Shown: positions 26,101 through 38,156, counted from the stretch's first letter. The stretch: DNA of 64,000 nt from Mytilus trossulus (GCF_036588685.1 NC_086386.1:57350001-57414000), one strand, 5' to 3'. Numbers and translations: made by a program. Notes: generated from the sequence alone by a model not told the origin.

Positions 26101-27620
26101 GTACAAATTTATTGTAGAACATGTAGAAAATCCGTCTTTTTCGGATAAAAAAATCTACTTTGTTAACTCGGATCGAAAACTTACAATATAGTTTATCCTA
26201 TTGAAACATGAACGCGGACTACATTGAGAACATCTTGGATTGAAAGATTGCAAATCTACTGACCAATGAAATGCTTTAGATTTAGAACGCAGACCTCAAC
26301 GAGAACACCTAGATGGATAACACACTGTAATCTTTAGACCGTCGAACAGATAGCGATAATTCCAGACTTCTTCTTCTTCTTTTTCTTTTAGTTCAAATAA
26401 GGTGACCATATAGAAGAATACAAAGTCATACTGCCAAGGAATTGTATATTAGGAATTGTATATTACAATCCCTTGATGCTGCTGTACATGCCTGATCGAC
26501 AAAGATTTAATAAAATTGAATTATTCATAAAAATGTGAATACAATTTAAGTGTTTCTATATTAAGATTGTGATTAAAAATATGCATTTTATGTACTTGTT
26601 TTGGTTTGGATTTGTTTATTCAAAGCTCGCGAGAACAGCTGATCTCTTAAGGCCGTAACAGTGGTGGTAGATATTCACAGATTTTTTTACATAAAAACAC
26701 ACTATTACATATTCATGTGACAATAATAATGTGTCTGTTTTTTAAACCAATTTAGAATTGGTGTATATATGTCTCAGCAGATAATAATTCTATGTTAGAT
26801 AAACATAATTATTTGGAATTAAAAGTTGTATAGTTACAATAAGTACATTTTCAAAATCATTTATTTATTTAGGCTTGATGAAGATCTACATGATTTAACG
26901 AATAAATGTAAGAAGATGTGGTGTACTTGCCAATGGATTAGATCACCGTACAGCCTTCAACAACGAGCAAAAACCTAACCGCATAAACGTTTATATCATT
27001 TCCCAAAATTACAAATATGAATTCAAACAATTCAAACAAGAAAACTATCGGCCTGATTGATGTACAGCACTTATAGAAAAATATATACAAAAACGACAAC
27101 CACTGGTCACTGGGGATTCAAACCATGTGTCCCAATCGAAAAATAATTTCGTCAAACAAACGGGAGTTCTTATCTACAGAACAAAACCTGGATCCGCCAT
27201 TGTACAGTCTCCTGGCTAGTATACCTGTAGGATAGTCAAAGATAATGGCGTTAAACAAATAATTTCTTTATTTATGTTTTTATTCCATTCAGATCTTCAA
27301 TTTATCGATTGATTAATAAAAAAACGAAGCAAATATTTTAGTTAATCTACCAGTAATTAAATGTCAGTACGATCTTCTGATAAGATTGTAAGACTATATA
27401 TTGCTATTTGGCTGTGAAATTTGGAGATTTAGTTTTATTGATGCATTAGAAAGCTAAACTTGAAAAAAATCAACCCTAGCTTTATGGAGAGCTAGGCGCT
27501 TATCCTATGTCAGTATATGTGGAACACCGTATGGTATATTTTTTGGTCTAACATTGTAAACAGTTCTGATAGTGAACTATATAGATATATTTATAAACTC
27601 AACGTAGATGGTGGATTTAC

Positions 27621-28015
27621 TTAGCTATAGAAAGTGGAAGAGTTTATGGTATAGCAAGAAATAATAGAATATGTACTTTTTGTAAAAATGATATAGAGGA
27701 TGAGTTTCATTTCATCCTCAAATGTCCACGTTTTCAAGGTTTTAGAACAATTTATATGAAGCAATTTAATTGGAAAAAACCGTCAATGTACAAACTTATT
27801 AAACTGATGAGTACTAATAATGTAAAAGAATTGTGTAATTTAGGTAAATTTACATTTAGATCTTTTGAGCTTAGATCCGAAATGTTAAAATAATGTTTGT
27901 TTATTCTACAACACCTTCTGCTGTCACATAGTCTGTGTTTATGTATGTATTATATGTATTATTGCTGTTGATATAATTGTATACCTATAGTTTATATAGA
28001 CTTTGGTAATAAAGA
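27621..28015 (+). mobile_element. 3' end of a non-LTR retrotransposon (RTEX-like C-terminal CCHC zinc knuckle)
   Basis: Translates as LAIESGRVYGIARNNRICTFCKNDIEDEFHFILKCPRF...LCNLGKF...* (stop ~27893), followed by an AT-rich tail with AATAAA. Confidence 0.8.
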
Positions 28016-30872
28016 TATATACTTTCGATTGGTTGATTTGTATAAAAAATATCTTAAAAAAATATGGATTTTAAAATATTTGGTTAAATCAGAGTAACTA
28101 TAGTTTTAATCCAAACGATTAAACAGATTGTTTTATCATTTTCAGCAGACTTGGAAATCAGAAATGGAATATTCTCCAGAAGTATTATGTTTAAAACTGT
28201 TTAAAGAAAACGCCTCCGGGTGCGGGAATTTCTCGCTACATTGAAGACCTGTTGGTGACCTTCTGCTGTTGTGTTTTTTTATTTTGGTCGGGTTGTTGTC
28301 TCTTTGACACATTCCCTATTTCCATTCTCAATTTTATTTGAATTTAAAGAATATTTAGACGTATTACGTTATAAAGATAAGATAACGTTATGAAGGTTTA
28401 GAACTGAAAATCATCGGTTACCTATAGAAACCGGTAGATGGCGTAGAATTATGAGACAGGAAAGGTACTATGTACTTTGTAACTCTCAAGAGATTGGTTG
28501 ATATATTTCACTATATTCTAAACTGCACAACTCTAACAGAAAGTAGAAGACCTTTTCTTAAACCTAACTATGTAAGCAGAGTAAATGTTTCGAAATTGGG
28601 CACTTTATTTATTTAAAAAAATATTGTGTTTTGAAAATTTTGTGTAAATTAATTTGAATCATATATAAATAAAAGTATGTTCTCAAATCTGATCACCAAT
28701 CGCTCATTCTTGTTGCTCGTTTCAAGTTGTGCAAATTGTCATACGCAAAATCTGTATGTTAATATTAAATGTAAAAATATCTTTCTTTTTACCGTTAACT
28801 TGATTTTATAAGAAAAAAAGAATCTAAATTAAATAATACAATTAATTTTATTTAGTTTTTTGGATTAAATTACCTTAAATTATAGGATGTGAAAAGGTAT
28901 GTAAGTGTAACTTTTTCAAAGTTCAAGTTGATCAATTATTGATTTAAGTGAATAAATCAAATTTATTTTCTCGAGGAATAAATCAAATCAGGAACATATA
29001 TATTGTAAGGTATACTGTTCCCAAATTGAATAGTATACAAATCATAGTAATAATTATTCATCAGCGAAAAGGATAGTATTTGTATTGTGTTTGAAGAATC
29101 GTAAAAGTGTTTTATTTTCTAAATTCTATTTATTCACTCGGACTTCGTAGAGTTTAAAATTATTTTTTTTACCATATCGGACTTCATATTGTGTATTGAA
29201 TTGAATCACGAACGCGGACCTCGATGAGAACACCTGGATTGAAAGTGTTCAAATGTTCCGACCAATGAAATTCATTTTACTATGTAACGCGAACCTCAAC
29301 GAAAGCACCTAGATGAAATATTGTGTATTGAATTGAAAAATGAACGCGGACCTCGATGAGAACACCAGGATTGAAAGTTTGCAAAAGTTCCGACCAATGA
29401 CATTCATTTTGATATGTAACGCGAACTTCAACGAAAGCACCTAAATGAAATATTTTATTTGTACGACAATTAGTTTTTTTAGACATTACCCCTTAAATAT
29501 AGTTAATAAAAAATATATCAAAGCAACAGTGCATGATTGTTTCTTTTCCATTCTTGTTTATTTTAATAATGTTGATGTTGATTTTAATTTTGTAGGTAGA
29601 CTTATATTATATGCCCTGAACGTAAATATACGGTTTTTTTTTAAATGCATTAGACGTAAGAGAATGTCGACTTAGAGCAAGTCAAGGTCGTAAAACTTAA
29701 ATCAACCAACCATTCGTTATCGCAGACTAAAATTGATCTCAAATAAACAGAATATATGTTCATTTATAGCAAGACTTGTTGTAAGTCACGGTGCATGACA
29801 GCACAATAATCCCGCGTCAGCGACCGATATTACAATTTGACACAGTTTTAAAAGTTTATTGAGCTGTTCCTTCATTTACAATGTTGTGTGCAAGACTCAA
29901 CAAATGTCAACATTATGTTCATTAATTTTATTATTTAACACATCATTGTTTTTATTACATATATCAATATGCATCTAGGGAATATTTGTTGTTGACCGAA
30001 ACTATAAGATACATCGATTTAAACTATGTGAAAAATAAATAATTTTTGTAAGTTACTTTAATTTCCGTGTCTATATTTAATCAACGAGTACACTATAGTA
30101 AGACAGAAAATGAGAAAAGGAAATATACAGGAATACCTAAAGTTTCGTAAGACATTGCAATGGACCATACGTTACTTACATGTCACAAGTTTTCATAGCA
30201 CTCAGCGAGTTTTGAAACGAATATGTGAGATAAAGATCTACTGCATTTGGGCAAATCAAAAATATGTTAAACATCTAACTATTTTATTTTTAACAGATTC
30301 ATAAGTTTTGATTTTTTTAAACCGTGCATCAATATTTTATAATTTTTTTATTTACATTCCTTGTATGTTACGTGTATTGGTCATTCATTTGTTTAAATTG
30401 TGAAGTATATTACTTTAATAAGAATACACGCATTTATATATATAATTTTAAGTCGATAAAGTTTGAAACAAATAAACGAAAGATACATCGATGTTGTTTT
30501 GCTTGAGTGATTTACCTGTTAAAAGCTCGGGTCGCAACACGGTTTAAAACGAATTGATACCAGTTTGAAATAGTTTAACGGGGGCGTGGCCTATTTGTTT
30601 GACGTAACTTACCACCAACTTGATTTAAATTGAACGACTGCAAGCGAAGCTATTTGACTGGCATTAAAATGATTTGATATACATTGAAATAAATTAAAAA
30701 TGATTTTTAATTTTTGTCAATCTTTATCAAATGACGATTAATTTCATTTAAACAGCGTTAACACGTTTTTGTCCGATCAAGTTAAATTCGGGTTACTAGT
30801 GGTAATACATGAAAATGCAGTGCTTATTTGTTTTCAAAAGGGGGGTCATCCGAACCCCCTAGCTACGGGTAT

Positions 30873-31030
30873 CAGTGGCGGATCCAGAAGGGGGGTTCCG
30901 GGGTTGCGCACCCCCCCTTTATTTTGGCCGATCAATGCATTTGAATCGGGACATATGTTTTGCACACACACACCCCCCCCTTTGCCCTGGGCTAGCACCC
31001 CCCTTTCGAAAATTCCTGCATCCGCCACTG
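30873..31030. mobile_element. MITE, hAT5-like
   Basis: CAGTGGCGGATCCAG / CTGCATCCGCCACTG with 5-bp TSD GGTAT; same family as 103-255. Confidence 0.8.
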
Positions 31031-31680
31031 GGTATGACATAGTCATAATTAAATAGATGGAGTTTTCTGTGCTTTTGGCATGAGTCCTTTGCGTGTTTTA
31101 TAGAGTTGCTGCATTTTCATGTATCACTGTTTAAATATTTGTTTTATTTGTTTCTTGCATGACATGTTTTATATTCTGCAAAGATAATCCGAAAATATGT
31201 TTTTAATTCAGTTTTGACAATTTATCGTATCTAAATAAAGTTTGATTTACATACTTACTTCATAGTGACGAATTAGAGGCGATCGAGATAAATAGTTCCA
31301 GAGATAGACATATAACAAACGCCGGTATATATATATGTATGTACCTATCAGATCTAAAAATTAAGACCTATCAGATGTAGAGTGTCTGTTCCTATTGGAT
31401 GGATGGGCTTTCATGAGAAAAAATTACCTATCAGATTTGGGCTTTCATGGGAAAAAAAATCTGCAAAGATTGTACCCATCAGAATTTTAAATACAATACC
31501 TGATAATGCATGAAACGAAACTGTCTACATTCCAAAGCACCCCTAAGATCTGACATAGGCATTTTTGTAACCCCTAAAGTAATTATTTTTAATTATTTAC
31601 TGCTGCAAGACCCTCAGAAGATTTTGCGTATAAGTGTACGTGTCAGATGCAAGAAAAACCAAACTGATTTCGCCTCTAGC

Positions 31681-31746
31681 CTAGCCAAGGGTTACGATCC
31701 ACTCCCGCTGTGGAGAGAGTGGGAGTGGATTGTAACCCTTGGCTAG
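31681..31746. other. ~26-29-bp-stem hairpin upstream of gene 2
   Basis: CTAGCCAAGGGTTACGATCCACTCCC pairs with GGGAGTGGATTGTAACCCTTGGCTAG (one G-T pair). Confidence 0.8.
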
Positions 31747-31978
31747 CGAAAATGCTTCATATAAAGAATTGAGAAACATGTCACAAATGTTAAGAACAGA
31801 CAATCACAGGGTTACCCCGGCCGGTACTAAAAAACTAAAGAATATGATGGTAAAAGAAATCTCCTTCTAGAGCCTCTTAAATTCCCGCCAGTTTTCAGAG
31901 GAACATAGGACCATTCGTTACTCTCCCCTAATGGAACAGACCCGTTAATTAGTCATTTTGCAGTCAGACTGAATGTAA

Positions 31979-32381
31979 ATGGTTCTAATTATGCATCGCT
32001 GTTCCATATTCATAAGATATATTCCAACAAGTTTAAACCCCCAAGGATGCGGCAGACAGATTTCAAATGGGACTTTGACAGATGTACTGTTTAATAGCTA
32101 CGAAGATTTTCAATTGCGTCCATTGAGAGTCGGAGCTTTGTCTTTCGGAAAGCGTTTTGGTGGCTCCGAAGTATTTTCATACATTGAAAACAACAGTAGA
32201 CAGTTTGTTCGAGAAGAGTTTCTCACAGACCAAGATGTAAACCAGAATGCCATCAGTACTTACTCCGTTGATTTTGAGTCAATATTCAGCAAGGGATTTG
32301 ATGCCATCCATGCCTCTATTGTGGATGACAGCAGTCAAAATGATGATGTAAAATTGTTTACAAAATTCCTGGATTCGTTAG
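31979..32381 (+). CDS. Exon 1 of PD-(D/E)XK-like nuclease-fold protein (putative mitochondrial presequence)
   Basis: ATG at 31979 directly preceded by an in-frame TAA; donor TTAG|GTGGGT; 403 nt, phase 1. The start could instead be Met5. Confidence 0.7.
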
Positions 32382-32885
32382 GTGGGTTTTCATAAATCTA
32401 AAGTTATTTAAATGTGTGAAATTATCTCCGGGAGAAAAGGGGGGGGGACTTTTGTTGTTGATTGACAGGGGGTGCCACTGGTGTTCCATTAAGACTGGGA
32501 TAATTTCAGGATTGATTCTTTCAGGATGTGGAAATTCTTTTTTTCTAATTTTCCAGATGTCAGGAATTCCTTTCAGTATTCACCATGTTCACATATATTT
32601 AAGCTTGAAAAATTGACCTAGCTATTCCAACGGCACATCCTATCACCTTGTATAAAGGAAGCCCCACCTCCTGCGAAATTATCATGATTATTAACAGTAA
32701 AAAAAAGGGGAGGGTGGAGGTTGGCATAAAACATTGTTAAAATATATATATATATGTATATGCCCCCCTGGGGACCTAATTTGGAAAATAAAATTTATCT
32801 TATCTTATCTTATCTTATATATAGTTATGTATATTATTATCGTTTAAAATATATTGCATATTGATTGGTTGATGTATATCATGTA

Positions 32886-33098
32886 CTGTAAATTAAGAAA
32901 TTATTGCGAGGTTTTTGTTATTGCGAATAATGCGACAGAGTTCATTGGAGTTGTAAACGCAATAATTAAAACTGGCATTTTGTAATATTTTAACTGAATT
33001 AAGCATGACTTTTCTCAAAACCGTAAAAATTAAAATAAAAAAGTTTAAAATGACAAAATCGCAATAATAAATGCACACAATAATTTCTGAATTTACAG
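32886..33098. mobile_element. Tc1/mariner-like MITE in intron 1 of gene 2
   Basis: TA|CTGTAAATTAAGAAATTATTG ... CAATAATTTCTGAATTTACAG TIRs. Confidence 0.6.
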
Positions 33099-33488
33099 TT
33101 TATGTTTTGCAGTCTCACTATGTATGCTATAAAACAAACATGACAAAGTATATATAAGCGTATGAATGCCCTTTACTACATTTTGTATCAGGCGTCAAAC
33201 AGTCATTTTCACTCTACAGTTAGTAGCAAATTGGTTAAAATTATACAGTGATCTGTCAAAAACTTGTTGTCCTGATTCATCAGTAGTCTCGAGAGTTTGA
33301 GGGATTGTTAAAAATAAAAATGTTTGAGAAAATTAAGGGGGGATTATTTAAGCACTGCCTCAGGGTGCCGGATTTTTCTGCTGTGTAGGAGACTTATTTG
33401 TGGCCTTCAGCTGTTTTCTGCTCTAAGGAATTGGAATGTTGTCTCTGTCATATTCCCTATTTCTATTCTCAAATTTTATAGCATGTAC

Positions 33489-34215
33489 ATTTTTGTCTCG
33501 CCTTGACGGAGTCAAAAAGCGAGACATAGGTATGCTGTTTTCGGCGTCAGCGGCGTCAACAATGTATTAGTTTGTGATTAGCTCAGTTTTATGGGGATCC
33601 AATTGTGGTACGTCAATGATAATTGGTATGCAGATGTATTACCATTGCCACATCTCATTGCCATGGAGATTATTTGGCTCCGCCCCCTCAGTCATGGTCT
33701 ATTGACTTTGAATGGTTTGCTTACTTTACATGTATTAGTTTGTGATTAGGTCAGTTTATGGAGATCCACTTGTGGTACGTCAATGATAATTGGTATGCAG
33801 ATGTATTACCATTGCCACATCTCATTGCCATGGAGATTTTTTGGCTCGGCCCCGTCAGTCATGATCTATTGACTTTGAATGGTTTGCTTACTTTACATGT
33901 ATTACTTTGTGATTAGGTCAGTTTATGGAGATCCACTTGTGGTACATCAATGATAATTGGTATGCAGATGTATTAGCATTGTCACATCTCATTGCCATGG
34001 AGATTATTTGGCTCAGCCCCCTCAGCCATGGTCTATTGACTTTGATTGTTTTATTACATTACATGTACATGTATTAGTTTGTGATTAGGTCAATTTATGG
34101 GGATCCACTTGTGGTAGGTCATTGATATTTGGTTTGCAATTGTATTAGCATTAATTGGCACAATTCATTGCCAAAATTACAAAAAGGCGAGACATATCTC
34201 TGTGATAACAGTTTA
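33489..34215 (+). mobile_element. Helentron-associated non-autonomous element (HINE-like) with ~168-bp internal tandem repeats
   Basis: TTTTGTCTCGCCTT...AAGCGAGACA subterminal IR, (CGGCGT) microsatellite, ~3.5 units (33563, 33731, 33898, 34070), terminal AAGGCGAGACA. Confidence 0.75.
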
Positions 34216-34282
34216 TGGTACATATACTTTTAAAGTTACTTGTATATTATAATAATTCTTCATTTGAATAAAAATAACTTGT

Positions 34283-34619
34283 AACAGGCTATTATTTGAA
34301 CTTGGAATTATTTTTAATTATGGAATTTGCATAATTTCTTGTGCTGGAAAATTTTTAATAAATTCCATGTTTATTCTTTACTCAAATGTTCTGTGCTGCG
34401 CACAACACTTTCTATTACGAATAAGATAGTCATGTAGCACATTTTCAATAGAATGCACTGTGCCGAGCACAACACTATCTATACAAAATACATTGTATGG
34501 AAAGTGTTATGAACCGCTCAAAACATTATAATACCAAATTAAAAGGCATTTATAAAAAAAAAAGAAATTAAGCAAATTCCATAATTAAAAATAATTCCAA
34601 GTTCAAATAATAGCCTGTT
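34283..34619. mobile_element. MITE with ~48-bp perfect TIRs
   Basis: AACAGGCTATTATTTGAACTTGGAATTATTTTTAATTATGGAATTTGC and its reverse complement ending at 34619. Confidence 0.8.
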
Positions 34620-35216
34620 TTGTATAGTTTTGAAGTAGTATAACCCTGACTAGTGGTTGATTTTATTGCTGTCATGGCTGTGTTACATTTGTACATATAT
34701 AAGTTTTTGCATTTATTATTTTGTTCTTAAACAGGGACATTAGTTTACTTGATTGAATTGTTTTTCATTTGACTATTTAGGGTCTTTTATAGATATAGGA
34801 AGATGTGGTGTGAGTGCTAATGAGACAACTCTCCATCCAAGTAACAATTTAAAAACTAAACCATTATAGGTTAAAGTACGGCCTTCAACACGGAGCCTTG
34901 GCTCACACCGAACAACAAGCTATAAAGGGCCCCAAAATTACTAGTGTAAAACCATTCAAACGGGAAAACCAACGGTCTAATGCATCTGACTATGGGGTTA
35001 AATATATGGTCTTTGCTCATTGTTGAAAGCGGTATCTATGGTGACCCATAGTTGTTAATTTCTCATGTTTCTGTGTCTTGGTTTATTTTGAAGAGTTGTC
35101 TCATTGCAAACCCTACCACATCTTTTATATTAAACATGTTAAATGCAAATTATACCACATCTTTTCAGTAAATATGGTAAATGATTGCCTAAATTCAAAG
35201 GGACTACCTTTCTTAA

Positions 35217-35489
35217 GGTGGTACCCAACACTTGCACTAAAATTAATTTGGCTCGTTTAATTTTAATAAAATTTTGACAAAGTATTTACTTTGACCCTTT
35301 AACAAAAATATAAAAATTTCAAAAATTTTGAACCAACCGTTATGTCAGAAAAATTACACTGGTTATATAGCAGTTTGACAAACACTAATTTTGATCATTG
35401 AGAAGCTTTTTATTGCCTTCCCAATGCAATGTAATGAAAACATTCAGCTGATATTACAGAGTTATCTCCCTGTAGTGTTAGGTACCACC
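35217..35489. mobile_element. Kolobok-like MITE (TTAA TSD)
   Basis: TTAA|GGTGGTACCCAACACT ... AGTGTTAGGTACCACC|TTAA. Confidence 0.8.
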
Positions 35490-35872
35490 TTAATTCTCTT
35501 AAACTCACTGTGCTAGGCATTAGAGAAATTGACATCTTAATATTTGTCTGACGAAAAATCTTAAATAATGAATATATATGAATATGGAAGGGATTCAAAG
35601 TGGATATTTTTTTTTCATAAATAAAAATGTATTTGATAATCATTGGCATGATTAGAGGAACAGGTTCTCATGAAGTAAATCTTGGATAATCGGATTTATC
35701 CAATTTTGATAGTTCAATTGTGTAATTTTGATACTCTCACCCATACTCAGACTTAAAAATAAATCAATTGGATATACATGATACATGTATATGATAATCT
35801 ACTTGTACCAATGTACCAATATTAATGCATTTTGTATATTAACCAATAACAATGTATGTATTTGTCTTTCAG

Positions 35873-36094
35873 ATTACCATGAAGGGTGCCTTCTGAATTT
35901 TTTTTCTAGAGAATACCCTAACATATCAGAACCAGAAATGTCAGCAGTGTTTGTTACCCACATTTTATCACATTTAGTTCAGGAGAACAAACTTGGCAAC
36001 ACATGTACTGTTAAAGTCAACTACAAAAATAAACCTGAGCAATGCCCTTGTAATATATGTCAAAGAAAAGTGCATTATGGGAAGACAACATTTG
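35873..36094 (+). CDS. Exon 2 of PD-(D/E)XK-like protein (CPCxxC motif)
   Basis: Acceptor TTTGTCTTTCAG|AT, donor TTTG|GTAAGT; 222 nt, phase 1->1; ...NKPEQCPCNICQRKVHYGKTTFG. Confidence 0.8.
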
Positions 36095-36460
36095 GTAAGT
36101 TGTTTAGTTTGAAATAGTTTGAAATTGTGATTTTCACCAGAGTTGGCAAAGTATTACCCGTCGGGAAAACCTGGGCTGGGCAATACTCAATGAAACAGGC
36201 AATACTGGGCAATATGATTTTTTTAAGCTTATTTCAACATACAATAGTAAAGAGTTGTTGTTGTTTCATAGTATTATAGCTAAATATATACATTTTATAC
36301 AGATAACCATTGAGAGTCATTTCTAGAAGATTATAAATTCAATTTCATTCTCTTCTCCACATAAATTCTATGTAGGAAAAATACAAGATTTGCACATTTT
36401 AGGATTCCTTGTCAATTTCCAAGCATTGTTTCAATAATCTTAACACTTTATTGCAGTGTT

Positions 36461-36570
36461 TATGTGAATTGTAAATTAAATTGCTATATATGTGAATTGT
36501 AAATTAAATTGCTATATATGTGAATTGTAAATTAAATTGCTACATATGTGAATTGTAAATTAAATTGCTA
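36461..36570. repeat. 28-bp tandem repeat x4
   Basis: TATGTGAATTGTAAATTAAATTGCTA(TA) at 36461, 36489, 36517 and 36545. Confidence 0.9.
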
Positions 36571-36802
36571 AATAAACACCTTACAGGGCCTTGTCATTAA
36601 CTCTTATAGAAATGAAAAGACTGATTATTGTTATATAAACATATCCATGTTCTAATCTGAATAATTACTTATTAATTAGTTTTGTAAATTTGTACATATT
36701 TAAATTATCTTGCATGTACATTAATACATTCTTTATATTATACTATAGTTATATATATATTTGAAAAAATATTTTTTTATCAGAGTTGTTAGAATAATTC
36801 TG

Positions 36803-37065
36803 CATACCTGCCAACTGTCACTATTTGCAGGGGGAAATCCCCCATTGAGGCTCTCAAATTGAAATTTTGAAAGAGCAATTTTGTCCACAATTTTAATAAA
36901 ACAAAACAATTAATTTCACAATGACATGAGGCTTATAAAAGTATGAAGAGGCCAAAAAATAACATTTAAATGTATTTAAAGGCCCTTTCAAAGGTTTTTT
37001 AGGACTATGACAGCCATCTTAAACGCAAAACCCCCATGGGCAAATTTGAAAAGTTGGAAGGTATG
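36803..37065. mobile_element. MITE, CATA-ended (hATx/hAT6-like)
   Basis: CATACCTGCCAACT / AGTTGGAAGGTATG; flanks ATTCTG / ATTCTT. Confidence 0.6.
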
Positions 37066-37494
37066 ATTCTTTCTCAGATGTATACACTTGTACTTTTGTA
37101 CATGTATGTATCCTAAGACTCTCAAACAAGTAAACTTATTTATAAATAAAAATAGGTTTATATATTTTACACAACTGGGATGTTCTTTTAAAATCTTATT
37201 TGTTATCGTAAATGGCTATTAATCAGATTTTATATTAACAACTAATAATAATTAATTAACTACAATGTACTATGAAATATTACTACAAGCATTGTATATC
37301 ATGTATATAAGTGATATGACACTACATGTAAGTTTATTGCTGGGTGGTTGCTTTAAAAGGTGGCTAAGTAATCAGTTAAAATCAATAGAGACGAGTCCCA
37401 TTAGTATAGAAAGTCACTGTTCCATGTAATAGAAATTAGAGATTTAATTTAGGATTCTGTATTAATGAATATGCTTGTGACTTTTCGATTTTAG

Positions 37495-38156
37495 GAAATA
37501 GATATATCTGGTATAGTCGGCCCGACATCTTTCTATTCCCAGGAACAGGAGGTCATTGTCAAATATTTGTTAAAAAAAGACGATCAACTTCTTGCGAGTA
37601 CGATCCAAGTCAACTTGAGAGTCTGCTTGATAATGACAAGAGTATCCTCAGACGTGATTCCGTTGTACAACAAGCTGTCTGTCAGGCCATTACATTTGCC
37701 TTCTATCAGAGACGATACCAAATATCCAAAAACTGGAATAGTGAAGACATAGTCACAGCAATCCCTACCATTGTATTGAATCCTTTCGGTTTTGATGTGT
37801 ATATTTATGATCCACAACATGACGTACTGTTGAGAAATTTTGATCAGCCGATTCCATTTTGGCGCCAGTCCGAATCAAATCCCAAACAGAAAGTGTTAAA
37901 CAAGTCTTCACTTCTCCAATTATGGCTTATCATGAATCATTTGGTCTTTAAACCACAATTTACAAAGGATGGAATAATAGCATTAGGAGGTACGGCAGGG
38001 TTTTTGTCACAAGTGGATCCCGTAAGAATGCAGAGGTTAGAAGAAATGATGAACTTGGGTCTTCCTGCCGAAGCAAAAGATTTCAAATTGTCTGAGTTTA
38101 AGAGTACAATTCCTGCCTACCATATTTCATGTAAAGACAATCAAGAACAAAGGTAG
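37495..38156 (+). CDS. Exon 3 of PD-(D/E)XK-like protein (nuclease-fold core)
   Basis: Acceptor TTCGATTTTAG|GA; 662 nt open to TAG; GNRYIWYSRPDIF...QQAVCQAITFAFYQ...AIPTIVL...VYIYDPQHDVLL...LWLIMNH. The three exons total 1287 nt (428 aa). Confidence 0.8.

Larger units (their letters stand above)
20764..30801. mobile_element. 10-kb non-autonomous CACTA/CMC-type foldback DNA transposon
   Basis: Ends CACTAGTAACCC / GGGTTACTAGTG; 3-bp TSD GTA (20761-63, 30802-04); inverted arms 20764-~22571 and ~29201-30801; no transposase ORF inside. Confidence 0.9.

Noticed and set aside
22600-29150. Transposase or captured host gene in the foldback core
   Set aside because: No long ORF or CMC transposase motif seen; the only recognisable coding relic is a LINE tail. 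Small spliced exons cannot be excluded by eye.
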